Assembly (NCBI GenBank): GCA_963804995.1
Contig: CAWDSK010000006.1
Coordinates: forward strand, 96,001 to 160,000
Direction: 5' to 3'
DNA from: an uncultured Acidobacteriota bacterium
Lineage (GTDB): Bacteria; Acidobacteriota; Terriglobia; UBA7540
DNA length: 64,000 nucleotides
Shown here: positions 31,754-43,332 of the stretch, piece after piece
Numbering within the stretch: the stretch's first letter is position 1
Layout: each line of letters opens with the position of its first letter
Translations under genes and position numbers: made by a program
The notes under the pieces: model-generated
What the model was told of the DNA's origin: nothing
Databases searched by the model: none
The model's input: only the letters and a program-made list of their open reading frames with translations

Positions 31754-33084
31754 CAGTGCTGTCCCATTACAAGTCGAACAGGCTCAATTGGATACCTGGA
31801 TCGACATCGGTAGATTGCTCGTTGAAGTTGGAAAAACCCTCTAAAATCGGGGTTTTTTCGAAGATCGTGACACTGAGAATTTCGAGAATTTGATAGAGAC
31901 TCATGTCCAGCCCGAGTTGCTTTTTGGCGATGGCTACCAGAACGTAAGCCGCCAGGGCGACCCACACTTGCGTCTTCACGGCGTTCTCGGAGGTACCGTA
32001 AAAAGCCTTGATGCGGAGGTGCTGTTTGATCCAGCGAAAGAACAGTTCCACCTGCCAGCGTACCCGATAGAGTTGGGCGATGAGCAAGGGAAGCAGGGAA
32101 AAGTTGTTGGTCAGGAAGGTCAGCCGCGAGTCTTTTTCGGCATCGTAGAAGACGATGCGACGAAGTTGATCGGGATAGCGTTGCGCCGTGCGGATGCCGG
32201 TGAGGCGAATGATTTGGTCGCAGCGCAGGCCGCTGGAGCGATCGACCGGGCGCGAGGTGCGCAGGTAGAACTGCAAGTTCTTTTTGGCGCGCGTAACGAA
32301 AAAGGCGCAGGCTTGCGTGAACAGATAGAGACGCGCGAAGTCCACATAACCGCGGTCGAGCAAGTAAAGCGCTCCCGGTTCCAGGAACAGTTCGTTGAGA
32401 AGGTTGACATCGTGCACCTGCCCGCCGGTCACATAAACACTGGTCGGAATGCTGCCGCGCACGTCCAACAGGGTATGTAGTTTGACCGCACTTTTGTGCC
32501 GGCGGAACTTTCCCCAAGGGAAGAGCGACAAGCACAAATCGATGGTGGTCGAGTCGAAGGCATACACGGTCTCGGACAAGTCCACGCCGAAAGATTCCTC
32601 GCGGTAAAGATCGCGCGCGAGGTGAATCAACGCTTGCGCGAAGTCGCGGTAGATGCGCCAGTCGCGAACCTCGTTGGCGTGCGCCAGCGTGTTGCGCGAA
32701 ACTTGTCCGCGAAAACCCATATGATAAAGTTTGGAGGGCTGGGCGCGCAGACAAGCTTCGATATCGCGCAAGCTGCGGCGATAAGTGAGTTGAGCGAACA
32801 GCAAGCAAAGGAACTGGTCCCAACAAGAGAAGTCCTTCACGTAACGATTGCCCTGGTAGCGATCGACGCAAATCTCGAACTGGTAGGTCGGGAGAAAATC
32901 CAAAAGTTGCGAGAAAACACTGCGACCAACATTCATCTGCTGCCTCCGGCTTGGGCTGGGACACAACAGAATGATGCCAAAAGAGCCGCAGAAAATTGAA
33001 ATCGAAAAGTAACATCCCGACCTCTTACTTCTTTTCGATCAAGCAGTTACGGCGATGCGCCCCAACTTTCTTGGGACAGCACTG
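31754..33084 (-). mobile_element. IS4-family element, 1331 bp
   Basis: 13-bp perfect IRs CAGTGCTGTCCCA / TGGGACAGCACTG; 6-bp TSD GCATAT at 31748-31753 and 33085-33090. Confidence 0.95.
31767..32936 (-). CDS. IS4-family DDE transposase
   Basis: FDSTTI, LDRGY, YRVRWQVELFFRWIKQ (YREK signature). Confidence 0.95.
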   Translation of the reverse strand: MNVGRSVFSQLLDFLPTYQFEICVDRYQGNRYVKDFSCWDQFLCLLFAQLTYRRSLRDIEACLRAQPSKLYHMGFRGQVSRNTLAHANEVRDWRIYRDFAQALIHLARDLYREESFGVDLSETVYAFDSTTIDLCLSLFPWGKFRRHKSAVKLHTLLDVRGSIPTSVYVTGGQVHDVNLLNELFLEPGALYLLDRGYVDFARLYLFTQACAFFVTRAKKNLQFYLRTSRPVDRSSGLRCDQIIRLTGIRTAQRYPDQLRRIVFYDAEKDSRLTFLTNNFSLLPLLIAQLYRVRWQVELFFRWIKQHLRIKAFYGTSENAVKTQVWVALAAYVLVAIAKKQLGLDMSLYQILEILSVTIFEKTPILEGFSNFNEQSTDVDPGIQLSLFDL

Positions 33085-33147
33085 GCATATCTCAGATTTT
33101 AAATGAATCCCCGGCGCGCCGAGTCAGCTATAGCGCGGGCGGGCCCG

Positions 33148-33588
33148 TCATTTTTCGATGCGCCGATAAACTTCAGTACTGCCAACGACATTGATGCCGG
33201 CAGATTGCAGTCGCGCAATGGCCGCATCGGGATTATCGAACCGGAAGATCAAGACCGCCGTGTCGCCGCGGCCGAACGTGAACGCGTACATGTACTCGAT
33301 GTTGATGCCGGTCTCCTCGAAGCCGCCCAGCACTTCCGCCAGACCACCGGGCCGGTCGGGCACCTCCACGGCGACTACTTCCGTGACGTTGACGACGTAG
33401 CCTGCTTCCTGAAGAAGGCGGGCACCCTTCTCCCAATCGGAAACGATGAGGCGGAGAATTCCGAAGCGCTCCGTATCAGCCAAAGTCAGGGTCCGGATAT
33501 CGATACCTGCTTGGGCAAGAAGGCGACAAGGTTCCGTCAACTGGCTCGGCTTGTTCTCCAGGAAAAGCGAAAGCTGATGAATCTTCAT
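33148..33588 (-). CDS. Tandem ACT-domain protein
   Basis: QLSLFLENKP, LADTERFGILRLIV, VPDRPGGL, NIEYMYAF. Confidence 0.92.
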   Translation of the reverse strand: MKIHQLSLFLENKPSQLTEPCRLLAQAGIDIRTLTLADTERFGILRLIVSDWEKGARLLQEAGYVVNVTEVVAVEVPDRPGGLAEVLGGFEETGINIEYMYAFTFGRGDTAVLIFRFDNPDAAIARLQSAGINVVGSTEVYRRIEK

Positions 33589-33616
33589 GGGCACCCCCTG
33601 CTTGGGCTATTGCCTC

Positions 33617-33695
33617 GTTCACCGCAGAGGCGCGGAGGCGCAGAGGTCTGAAAACAAGGATTCATTTCTCTGCGTCTCAGCGCCTCAGCGGTGAC
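33617..33695. repeat. Inverted-repeat element built from 9-mer units
   Basis: TCACCGCAGAGGCGCGGAGGCGCAGAG ... CTCTGCGTCTCAGCGCCTCAGCGGTGA. Confidence 0.8.
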
Positions 33696-33749
33696 AGTTG
33701 CATTTGCTCCCACCTTCTTACCCAACCCAGTATCTGCCTGGCCCGCAAT

Positions 33750-35087
33750 CTACTTGTCAAGATTTCTTCGATCAATGACCCTTTGCGCCTTTCCCTCGCT
33801 GCGCTTAAGTGTCTGCGGAGCCACCAGCCGGACCTCCACTCGCAGTCCGAGCGTCTGATTCAAAGACTGAGCAAGCTTGTTGTACAGTTTTTCCATCGCT
33901 CCAACCTTGTCGCTGAAAGCCGCCGGAGTAACTTCAACGTGAACCTCCATCTGATCCAACCCTTCCTCGCGCGTCAGGATGATCTGATAGTGAGGGAGCG
34001 CGCCTTCCACGGCCAGCAGGGCGGATTCGACCTGGGAGGGGAACACGTTGACGCCACGAATGATGAACATGTCATCGCTGCGGCGGCTGATTCGTTTAAT
34101 GCGGCGGAGGGTTCGACCGCAGGGACATGAGCCCGGCACGAAGGCACTGATGTCACGGGTGCGATAACGAAGCATGGGCATGGCGTGCTTGCTCAAGGTC
34201 GTCACCACCAACTCCCCTTCCTCTCCCTCCGGAACCGGCTGTTCGGAGTCCGGGTCAATAATTTCCGGATAGAAGTGATCCTCAAAGATATGCAAGCCTG
34301 CCTGGCAACGGCACTCACTCCCCACACCCGGGCCGGTAATCTCCGAGAGCCCGTAAATATCATAGGCCTTGATGCCGCTCGCCGTTTCGATGTGGCGGCG
34401 CAGCGAGTCGCTCCAGGGCTCGGCGCCGAAGACTCCCACCCGCAGGGACAGTTCCCGCACATCGACTCCCATCTCCGAGGCGCGGTCGAGCAAATGAAGA
34501 AAGTAGGTCGGCGTGCAGCAGATGGCCGTCACGTTGAAATCTTTCATGACCATGATCTGTCGATCGCTGTTCCCGCCGGAAATGGGAATCACGGTCGCAC
34601 CCAGCGCCTCGGCGCCGTAATGGGCCCCCAGCCCTCCGGTGAACAGGCCGTAGCCATAAGCGTTCTGAATGATATCGCCGCACCCCAGCCCGCACGCCGA
34701 AAGCGTCCTCACCATTGCGTCGGTCCAGACGGCGAGGTCGTGCTGGGTGTAGGCAACTACAATTGGCTTGCCGGTCGTTCCACTGGAGGCATGCAACCGG
34801 ACCACATCCTGCAAGGGGCTGGCGAACAGGCCGAAGGGGTAAGTATCACGCAAGTCCGCCTTCATCGTGAAAGGTAAGCGGGTCACGTCGTCCAATGTCC
34901 GCATATCTTCCGGCCGGACGTTTCGCTCATCCATGCGTTGGCGATAGAGTTCAACGTGCAGGTAAGCACGACGAACGGTACTCCGCAACCGGCCCAACTG
35001 CAGGTCTCGCATTTGCGGTACCTGCATGTAATCCGGTGCGCTGGCGGGATGAATGTCCAACAAGGAGTCTTCAGTGGGGCCGGTCAT
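33750..35087 (-). CDS. paaK: Phenylacetate--CoA ligase
   Basis: HASSGTTGKP, YGYGLFTGG, DIYGLSE, RYRTRD, RSDDMFIIRGVNVFPSQ. Confidence 0.95.
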   Translation of the reverse strand: MTGPTEDSLLDIHPASAPDYMQVPQMRDLQLGRLRSTVRRAYLHVELYRQRMDERNVRPEDMRTLDDVTRLPFTMKADLRDTYPFGLFASPLQDVVRLHASSGTTGKPIVVAYTQHDLAVWTDAMVRTLSACGLGCGDIIQNAYGYGLFTGGLGAHYGAEALGATVIPISGGNSDRQIMVMKDFNVTAICCTPTYFLHLLDRASEMGVDVRELSLRVGVFGAEPWSDSLRRHIETASGIKAYDIYGLSEITGPGVGSECRCQAGLHIFEDHFYPEIIDPDSEQPVPEGEEGELVVTTLSKHAMPMLRYRTRDISAFVPGSCPCGRTLRRIKRISRRSDDMFIIRGVNVFPSQVESALLAVEGALPHYQIILTREEGLDQMEVHVEVTPAAFSDKVGAMEKLYNKLAQSLNQTLGLRVEVRLVAPQTLKRSEGKAQRVIDRRNLDK

Positions 35088-35575
35088 GGGTTGGGTACGC
35101 TCGAGTCAGTTTGGGCTGCGGCGCGTCCAATAGCGAGCGCCTGCAGATTCGCGGCATGCAGCTTCGGCGCCAGATTCAGGCGGATAGCGTCCAGCCAGAT
35201 AGATTCAGGAAAAGGGAGGCTCACGCTTAGCCAGCCGAGTAGCGCCACGTTGAGGCTTCGCTTATCACGCAAGGTGTTCTCTGGAATCGCGTCCGGTGCA
35301 ATCAACTTACCACCCTGCCGCAATTGCCAACGATTGGGCTCTACCTGATCGGGCGAGAGGACCACCAGATAGTCTGCCTCTCCGAAGGGCACCATGGGGC
35401 TGTAAACCTTTTCACCAAAGCGAACGTCGCTCGTAACGGAGCCACCACGCTGGCTCATGCCGTGGATTTCGCTCTTCTTCACGTCGAGTCCGGCACGGAA
35501 TGCCACGTCGGCGACGATATCGGATGCCTTAAGCACTCCTTGTCCACCCAGGCCGGCAATCACGATGTTGGTCAC
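35084..35575 (-). CDS. iorB: Indolepyruvate:ferredoxin oxidoreductase beta subunit
   Basis: IAGLGGQG, SEIHGMSQRGGSV; probable GTG start next to the iorA stop. Confidence 0.92.
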   Translation of the reverse strand: MTNIVIAGLGGQGVLKASDIVADVAFRAGLDVKKSEIHGMSQRGGSVTSDVRFGEKVYSPMVPFGEADYLVVLSPDQVEPNRWQLRQGGKLIAPDAIPENTLRDKRSLNVALLGWLSVSLPFPESIWLDAIRLNLAPKLHAANLQALAIGRAAAQTDSSVPNP

Positions 35576-35576
35576 C

Positions 35577-37208
35577 TTAGTCCTGTTGCTCAATGCAGTT
35601 CTCCGATATCTCGTCGCGGGCTGCGGATCGTTCATACGCCTTAATGCTGCCCGCCGCCAGCAGGCAGTTGCGGCGCGCCACAATGACTGTAAGATCTCCA
35701 CGGGCAAGGCTCGCAGCTATCAGCTCCTGGAAGGCGGCAGGATTGGCCGTCGGATCAGTCACGTGCACAGTGTCAATCCCGAGTGACCGCACCAAATCTT
35801 CGATGACGACTTTGCCCGTGGGCTGGTGTTCAAGGGTCCGGCCCGTACCCGGATGCTCCTGCATACCGGTCATGGCTGTCGTCCCGTTGTCGAGGATAAT
35901 AACCACATGACCGGTCTTTGGCGGGTTGTAAACCATCTCGACCAGGCCCGTGATCCCGCTGTGGATGAAGGTGCTGTCACCTATAGTACCAACGACACGA
36001 CGGGCTTGCTCCGGCGGCAAGGCATGCCTTAAACCCAGCCCCACGCCGATGCTCGCCCCCATGCAGACGCAAGTGTCGCAGGCCTCGAAGGGCGGCAGCA
36101 CCGCCAGCGTGTAACAACCGATATCACTTGCCACGATGCAATCCAGGTTGCGCAGGGCGCTGAAAACTGAACGGTGAGGACAACCCTGACACAATTGGGG
36201 CGGCTTTCCCGGTGGAGGAACCGGCTCTTGCGAAGTGTCGGCAGCGAGAATGCGCTTGACCCGATCCACATTCAATTCGCCGAAACGATACTCTTCCGGC
36301 TTTCCTTGGACTGCCAGGCCAGCCGCGCGACAGGCGTCCAGCAAGTAGGGATCTCCCTCTTCAATCACCACGCAGCGGGACACGCTCCCGACAAAGCGGC
36401 GAATGGTTTCCAACGGGACGGGATAGCTCATGCCCAGCTTCAGCACCGCAGCATCGGGCGCCGCCTCGCGGGCGTGCATAAAGGCGATTCCTGAAGTAAT
36501 GATCCCCAGGGACCGGTCGCCGTCGGTTTCCCGGTTCGGCCCGTCGGCTTCGTTCCATTCCAGAATGCGCGCGAGCTTTTCACGGAGCCGATGATGAGCA
36601 GGCCGGGCGTATGCGGGGATCATCACCCGTCCTTTGATGTCGCGGACGAAGGTGGCCGGGGCACTCGATGGCGCCAAGGCTCCCGCAGGGCAGACGACCG
36701 TCTTGGAATGACACACGCGGGTCGTCAGCCGAAGGAGCACAGGGATTCCCCAGCGTTCAGAGATGCGAACGGCCAGCAGAGTGAAGTCGTAGGCTTCCTG
36801 GGAGTCCGCGGGCTCCAGCATCGGCACTCCCGCCGCTACGGCGTAGCGGCGATTGTCCTGTTCATTCTGGCTTGAGGCCATGCCGGGATCGTCCGCCGAA
36901 ACCACCACTAGAGCGCCGGTGACGCCCGTGTAGGTGGCCGTGAAAAGCGGGTCAGCGGCCACGTTCAGTCCGACGTGCTTCATGGTGACGAGGGCGCGGG
37001 CATTGGTATAAGCAACCCCCAGCCCCACCTCAAGGGCGACCTTCTCGTTGGGTGCCCATTGGGCGCGGCCTCCCAGGCGGGAAAAACTTTCCAGAATTTC
37101 CGTGGAGGGCGTTCCGGGATACCCTGTGCCCAGAGTGATATCACCAGCGCGGGCAGCCAGAGCCACCGCCTCGTTCCCACTCAATAACAGCCGATCCGGT
37201 CCACTCAT
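35577..37208 (-). CDS. iorA: Indolepyruvate:ferredoxin oxidoreductase alpha subunit
   Basis: GYPGTPSTE, NEKVALE, MKHVGLNVAAD, LCQGCPH, IGDSTFIHSG (TPP binding). Confidence 0.95.
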   Translation of the reverse strand: MSGPDRLLLSGNEAVALAARAGDITLGTGYPGTPSTEILESFSRLGGRAQWAPNEKVALEVGLGVAYTNARALVTMKHVGLNVAADPLFTATYTGVTGALVVVSADDPGMASSQNEQDNRRYAVAAGVPMLEPADSQEAYDFTLLAVRISERWGIPVLLRLTTRVCHSKTVVCPAGALAPSSAPATFVRDIKGRVMIPAYARPAHHRLREKLARILEWNEADGPNRETDGDRSLGIITSGIAFMHAREAAPDAAVLKLGMSYPVPLETIRRFVGSVSRCVVIEEGDPYLLDACRAAGLAVQGKPEEYRFGELNVDRVKRILAADTSQEPVPPPGKPPQLCQGCPHRSVFSALRNLDCIVASDIGCYTLAVLPPFEACDTCVCMGASIGVGLGLRHALPPEQARRVVGTIGDSTFIHSGITGLVEMVYNPPKTGHVVIILDNGTTAMTGMQEHPGTGRTLEHQPTGKVVIEDLVRSLGIDTVHVTDPTANPAAFQELIAASLARGDLTVIVARRNCLLAAGSIKAYERSAARDEISENCIEQQD

Positions 37209-37723
37209 CTACAGCCTCATGATCGCTTTCCCTCCCAAGCCTTGCTCGCAAACAAACGGGCCCCCGCTTCTCCGCAAACCATGACGCCTACTGGTGAGAC
37301 TTGAGTGAGAGCAGGCCTAAGGAAGCGCAATAGGCAGCCAACAAAACGGATGATTCTAACCTTGCTGGCGAGCTTAATCAATTTATATGATTCGGCAAAT
37401 TTCCTTCGCTGAAACGCGATGCGGAACTTAGGGCAGCGGAGCCGTCTATACAAAGTCAGAGGGCAAAAAACGCGTGAAGGTGGGAAAGTTGGTGGGACAA
37501 GGGCCGCTATGGCCCGCGGAGAGCAACATGTGGGACAGTCCCACATTGACAAATTGTCTCCGGCCTGCGGAATTGGAATAGGCAACCAAGCGATGCCGAT
37601 TCCGTCGACCCGCTGCCACACCACATGTCCTCCGCCAGCGGTTTAGCGGAGGGCCCCCACGCTCCGGAAGTTTTCCTGTTACCTCTTCGTGCCGATTGCA
37701 TTTATGCAGATGAGGTAAGGGAA

Positions 37724-38290
37724 ATGCGTGTGAACTCGCGGGTCCAAAAAATCTGGTTGCGGCTGCTCGGTGCTGGCGATCCTTCCCAGGCCACGCGCAT
37801 CGAGACGATTGAAGAGGGCTACTACGCGGTGGTGCACAAGGCCCTCAAACGAACCAGATGCCATGTCAGGCGCGAGCATGAGGATTTTCTGGCGGTTAAA
37901 CCCTTCCTTCCCAATCTCAACCACACCCGGGCGGTTTACCTGAATCAGAAAGGCAATTGTGGGCTGGCAAAGAAAGATCGTTGGCTTGACTGGGCGGGCC
38001 AGTTCAGTGAACAAGTCGAGCAAGGCGCGCGCCATGCGTTCGCGATCGTAGACGTGAAGATTTTTGCCCAGAAAATTTCCACCGCTCTCCGAGCGCCGGG
38101 TTGGAAAGTTGATCATGTGGAAGACAGTCTTCGCGTTAACGATGGGCGATTTATAGAGAGCGTTAGCCTGCTCCGCGCCATCGTGCGAATGGTTCTTTCC
38201 CGTAGCACCTTCGCCCAGGCCGCCCGGTCGCTAAGGACCGAAGTGCGCAAGCGCTTCTGGTTGGCCGCCCAGTTACGCTCACCGTTTTGA
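37724..38290 (+). CDS. Hypothetical protein, probably truncated at a deletion junction
   Basis: Open frame with protein-like composition that ends where an unrelated RND fragment begins. Confidence 0.55.
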   Translation: MRVNSRVQKIWLRLLGAGDPSQATRIETIEEGYYAVVHKALKRTRCHVRREHEDFLAVKPFLPNLNHTRAVYLNQKGNCGLAKKDRWLDWAGQFSEQVEQGARHAFAIVDVKIFAQKISTALRAPGWKVDHVEDSLRVNDGRFIESVSLLRAIVRMVLSRSTFAQAARSLRTEVRKRFWLAAQLRSPF

Positions 38291-38414
38291 TCCGATCTTT
38301 CAGGGGCTCGCGATTTCACTGATGGCGGGCGAGGTGGCCTCCACATTCCTTTCGCGCATGGCGGTGCCTGTGCTCTATTACCTGAACGCGCGGAGCGAAG
38401 AAAACAGTGGTTAG
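38286..38414 (+). pseudogene. C-terminal remnant of an RND (AcrB-like) efflux permease
   Basis: Hand translation [42 protein letters not shown], typical of the last TM helix; no start or upstream body. Confidence 0.75.
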
Positions 38415-38494
38415 TGGCTAGTGGTTAGTGGTTAGTGGTTGGAGGGTGGTTGCTAGCCACTTGCCACTAACCACTGATCATAGGAGGAAACATC

Positions 38495-38683
38495 ATGGAT
38501 GTGAATCGATGGTTACGGATTGTGGCAGGAGCCTTTGTTCTGGCTTCCCTGGCCTTGGGTTACTGGGTAAGCCCGAAATGGTATCTCATTACCGCTTTCG
38601 TGGGACTCAATCTGCTCCATTCGGCGTTTACGAACTGGTGCCCGATGATGACTATCCTGCGTAAGCTCGGCGTGAAGCCTTAA
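38495..38683 (+). CDS. DUF2892/YgaP-like small membrane protein
   Basis: RIVAG...FVGLNLLHSAFTNWCPM; AGGAGG RBS. Confidence 0.9.
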   Translation: MDVNRWLRIVAGAFVLASLALGYWVSPKWYLITAFVGLNLLHSAFTNWCPMMTILRKLGVKP

Positions 38684-38857
38684 AGATTCAACGAAGGGGC
38701 TGAAGCCCCACCCTTCCAATTCGGTGGCGAGAATCCCGGCAAGCCTCAGGAGATGATGCGCCCAGAATCGGCAAGCAGCGTGAGCCGTACACTCCGCACT
38801 GTGCTAAAGTTCCATTGATGAGACTGCTCAGCTTGACCCTGACGCTGAGGAGGAAGC

Positions 38858-40815
38858 ATGAAGGCGAGGCCGAGAAATTCCCGAGCCCCAAAGAAATCCA
38901 TAGAGAATCAAACGCCGACCGGGAAGGTGGCCGCCGAAACCAGCGACCGCGCTTTGGGCATGAACGCGCGGATCTGCCGGCGCGATTTTCTGAACTCTAC
39001 TCTGCTCGCTTCCGGAAGCGTGTTGCTGGAATCGCTGACCCCCTCGAGCTCCTGGCACAGCAGCCGGGTTGGGGAGGATATACGGGGGAGGGCGATTACG
39101 CCGTGGCAAACGGAAACACGCAGGAAGTGATGCTCGCCGCGCATGCGGTGCGCGATGGCGTTTTCGATTCTCCCTCCGCGCCCGGGGCGGACACAGGCGA
39201 GGTCTTCGACCTGGTGATCGTGGGAGGAGGGTTCAGCGGTCTGGCTTCCGCGCTGTACTTTAAAGACCACGCCTCAGCCAAGCAGACGTGTCTGGTGCTT
39301 GAAAACCATCCCATCTTCGGCGGCCAGGCGCGGCGGAACGAATTCGTTGTGGATGGTCACCGCCTGATGGCGCCGCAAGGCTCAAACATGTGTTCGGCTC
39401 GGGGACGCGGGGTGGTTGGAGATCTCTACGGGCGCATCGGCGTCGATCCCGGCGAGTTCAAATATCAGGAGTGGAGCGGCCCTTCCCCCGCGATGCCCTT
39501 GAGCCACAACAGCTATACCCACTTCCGGACGTTGCCTTCGCCCCCCAACTTCGGCTTTTGGTTCGGGCCGAAGTTTGGCCAGAATCCGGGAAAGTGGATC
39601 GTTGATCCCTGGAATAATCTGCAGAGTCTTCCCCTCTCCCCCCAACTGCGGTCCGATTTCGCGAAGTATATCAAGCTGGTCATCGAGCGCCACCGAACAC
39701 AGGAGCATGAAACGGAAGAGGAACTGCGCCGCCTCGACAGCCTCACCATGGAGGTGGCCGCGGAGCGCTACGGCCTGAGCCGCGAGTTTATCCGTCTGTT
39801 TATGGGTTCCCATATCGCCGCCGGCTATGGCGTCGGACCTGATGCCATCACCGCTTCCGAGTACTCACTGATCTTTGGCATGCGCGGCCCCGACGACAGT
39901 CAGCACAGCTTCCCCGGCGGCAACACGGGTTTGATACGGCACCTCATGAAGACCCTCATCCCGGATGTGATCCCCGGGCCTCGCACCTACGAGGCGGTTT
40001 GCCGCAACCGCATCAACTTTGCCACCTTGGATCGCCCTGTGAATCAGGTGCGCATCCGCCTGCGCTCAACGGTCGTCAGAGTTGAGCATGAAGGAGAGCC
40101 GGAGAAAGCTTCCTACGTCCGCGTGACTTACACGCGCGACGGCAAGATCTATCGTCTGAAGGCTCGTGCGGTGATCATGGCGGGAGGCGGCTGGATCACC
40201 AAGCATGTGGTGCGGGACCTGCCCGCTACGCATCGCGAGGCCTATGACCAATTCAACTATAATGCGACCTTGGTGGCCAATGTGGCCGTGCGCAACTGGC
40301 GGTTTCTCCACAAACTGGGCCTTTCCGGCGGACGCTGGTTCGAGGGCTTCGGCTATTGGACGGAAGTGCGCACCATCGCCACGTTTGGCGCCGACTCGCC
40401 CACTATCGGGCCTGACTCTCCCACCGTTCTCTCCCTCATCGTGCCGTTTTTTTATCCGGGCTTGCCGCTGGCCGAACAGTGCAGCAAAGGTCGCGCGGAG
40501 TTGCTCTCCACTTCCTTTCGCGATTACGAGCGGAAAATCCGCGAGCAGTTTACCGACATGTTTGCAAGTTCCGGATTCGACGCGCGGCAGGATATCGCCG
40601 GGATCATCCTGAACCGCTGGGGACATCATTACATTGTTCCCCAACCGGGATTCAAATATGGCGAAGACGGCAAACCCGCACCGCGTGAAACTCTGCGCCG
40701 CGCCCCCTTTGGCAGGATTGCCTTTGCCAACACGGACGTGGCCGCAGTTTCGGGACACGTCACGGCCATCGAAGAGGCTCATCGCGCCTTCATGCAGATC
40801 CTGCCTCTCCTATGA
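38858..40815 (+). CDS. Tat-exported FAD-dependent oxidoreductase (spermidine dehydrogenase-like), frameshift in the C-run near 39040
   Basis: LGMNARICRRDFLNSTLL in one frame; DLVIVGGGFSGL, ENHPIFGG, FPGGN and NRWGH in the other. Confidence 0.85.
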
Positions 40816-40966
40816 ATACGCGAAGGTGCGCCGACACTATGATTGGCTGGGATTGGCCGACCGCACCCGCATCGAGTACTCTAACGGGCCGCACGCCATT
40901 CATGGGGTGGGGACAGTCGATTTCCTCCATCACTTTCTGAATTGGGGCGAGCCGTTCCACTGGTAG
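40811..40966 (+). pseudogene. Orphan C-terminal fragment of an alpha/beta hydrolase
   Basis: YEYAKVRRHYDWLGLADRTRIEYSNGPHAIHGVGTVDFLHHFLNW with a catalytic-His-like GPH; no N-terminal part. Confidence 0.55.
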
Positions 40967-41027
40967 CGGACATTCCTAATCGAGGCGGAAGTGGACAAGC
41001 GCCGTCCAGATAATAGGGAGGTGAGCA

Positions 41028-43140
41028 ATGCAACGTCGAAGATTCCTAAAAGCGGGTATAGCGACGTGTGGAGCAGGGTTCCTGAACATTGAAGGCTCGG
41101 GGTCGGACACTCTCAAACACGGGGTCCCTACCCCAACGTTGGCCGCGACTACAGAGAGTTGGGGTGAGAGCATGTCCCTGCGCGGCTATCTCTCGCGCGA
41201 GGCGGCTCGAATTACCCGTGGAGCTTTATCCGCCTACAAAACCCCGGCTGCGTGGCGGCAGGCGCTGCCGGAGCGCCGCCGGCAGTATATGGAAATGATG
41301 GGGTTGGATGATTTGCCGCCCTATGGCCAACGGCCGCCGCTCAACGTGACGGTCACAGGCGTGGTAGAACGCCCGAAGTATCGCATCGAGAAACTGTATT
41401 ACGAGAGCGTGCCCCAGCTCTTTGTGACGGCGAATCTCTACATCCCTAGTTCTCTAAGCTCTCCTGCCCCCGCCGTTCTCTATGTGTGTGGTCATGCCGA
41501 GAAACAAAAGACCCACTACCAGGCTCACGCGCGTCGTTTCGCGGAGTTAGGGTTCGTGTGCCTCCTCATTGAAACACTGGAAGGAGAGGAGACCCAAGGA
41601 TACCACCACGGCATCTATGAGCGGGGTTGGTTCCATTGGATTAGCCGGGGATACACTCCGGCAGGGGTTGAGATGTTGAATGGTATTCGGGGGGTTGACC
41701 TTCTCGTCCAGCGGCCTGAAGTCGACCCGAAGCGGTTGGGCGTAACGGGAATATCCGGCGGTGGCTCCTACAGTTGGTGGGTAGGAGCAGGAGATGAGCG
41801 GATTAAGATCGTTGCCCCGGTATGTGGAACTTCGACTTTGTTATCGTACGTCTATGACCGCACCCTCGACAGCAACTGTGACTGCCAGTGGTGGATCAAC
41901 AGCTATAAGTGGGACATGGCGGATGTCGGGGCGCTGATTGCCCCTCGCCCGCTCCTGATCGTTGATTCCGACCACGACATTCATTTCACGGTTGCCTCCA
42001 CGCGCGCCGTCCACCAGCAACTCAAACCGCTTTATTCCCTGTTGGGAGCTCCCGAGAACCTCGGCCGGGTGGATGCCTCTGGTGCCCACGGTTATTACCC
42101 GCTCTCTCGAACCAGCATATTCTCGTGGTTCGTAAAGCACCTGCAGGGGAAGAATATTCCGCCCGAGGAGATTGGTGACGTGGATGAACGTCCGGAGTCC
42201 CAGGAATCCGAGGAGACCTTGCGGGTGCATAGCAACGGCCAACCCGCCGGAAGCCGGGTGCAGACCATCCAGGACAATTTCATCAAGCTGGCCGAGCCGC
42301 CGCAGATTGCAGATGGGGACGGATTGAAACATACACGGCAAAGCGTGATCGCAGGATTGCGCCGGAAGAGTTTCGCCGCTTTCCCGCCCACACCGCTGCC
42401 CCTCAGTCTGCACATCGAACATGAATTCGAAGAAGAGCGTGGCAAGGGGGCAATCTTCCACTTTGCCTCGGAGGAAGGCTGGAGACTGCGGGGCACCCTG
42501 CACGTTGCAAGCGCAGTTACTAAACCCGCTCCAGCGGTGGTCGGACTGTGCTCCCCCGGGGACAAGTCCGAGAACGCTGACTGGCGGGGAGGAGCCATGG
42601 AGGAGTTCCTAAGACCTCTCCAAGCGCCGTGGGCGAAGGTTTCGCTTGAGCTGCGCGGAACGGGGGAAAGCGCGTGGGGCGAGACGCTTCAATGGCACCT
42701 TCGGCGCGCCGGAGCCTGGACGGGAAGGACCCTGGCGAGTATGTGGGTTTATGACACCTTGCGCGGCGCTCGCCTGCGTGCGCGAGCTCCCCCAGGTGGA
42801 TGGCCGGCAAATCGCTCTGGCCGCGCGGGGTCAGTTGGCCGTCGTCGCTCTGTACGCTGCTTTGCTCGACGGTCATGTCAACACGCTGTTCTTGGAAACT
42901 CCTCCGGCGACCCAGAATGCACCGAGTCAACCGGATGGCCGGGGTGACGCGGTGGAGATGCTCGGGTGCCTGCGCGTCACCGACTTGCCGCAGGTGGCGG
43001 GATTGCTTTATCCCTCGGAACTGGTGTTTATCGGCGAGTGCCCATCCACATACGATTGGGCCCAGGACCTCTATCAAAAGCTGGGGGCGGCAGAGCGATT
43101 CCGGCGGGTCAGTAAGCTGGAGGATTGGCGGCCAAGCTGA
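41028..43140 (+). CDS. Tat-exported double alpha/beta hydrolase (acetylxylan esterase-like), frameshift near 42764
   Basis: QRRRFLK signal, VCGH, nucleophile elbow TGISGGG, LIAPRPLL; DTLR joins ALACVRELPQVDG after a 1-nt shift. Confidence 0.85.
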
Positions 43141-43242
43141 GGAATAGGACCTGCAGCTAACCATGCTCGATCCGTAGGAAGGGGGTTAGTACATCCCGAA
43201 ATACTGGTGGTGATGAAAAACTCATTCCACTGACTATTAGGA

Positions 43243-43332
43243 TGGCGGAGGGAGAGGGATTCGAACCCCCGAGCCCCTTTCGGGGCTAACGGTTTTCAAG
43301 ACCGCCGGTTTCAACCGCTCACCCATCCCTCC
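43243..43332 (-). tRNA. tRNA-Ser(TGA)
   Basis: Reverse complement GGAGGGATGGGTGAGCGG...GCGGT-CTTGAAA-ACCGT, long variable arm, GGTTCGAATCC, CCA. Confidence 0.97.

Noticed and set aside
31753..33015. 420-aa ORF overlapping the IS4 transposase
   Set aside because: Alternative-frame shadow with no recognisable motifs.
30297..43332. Genomic island between tRNA-Glu and tRNA-Ser
   Set aside because: No integrase and no duplicated tRNA 3' end were seen.
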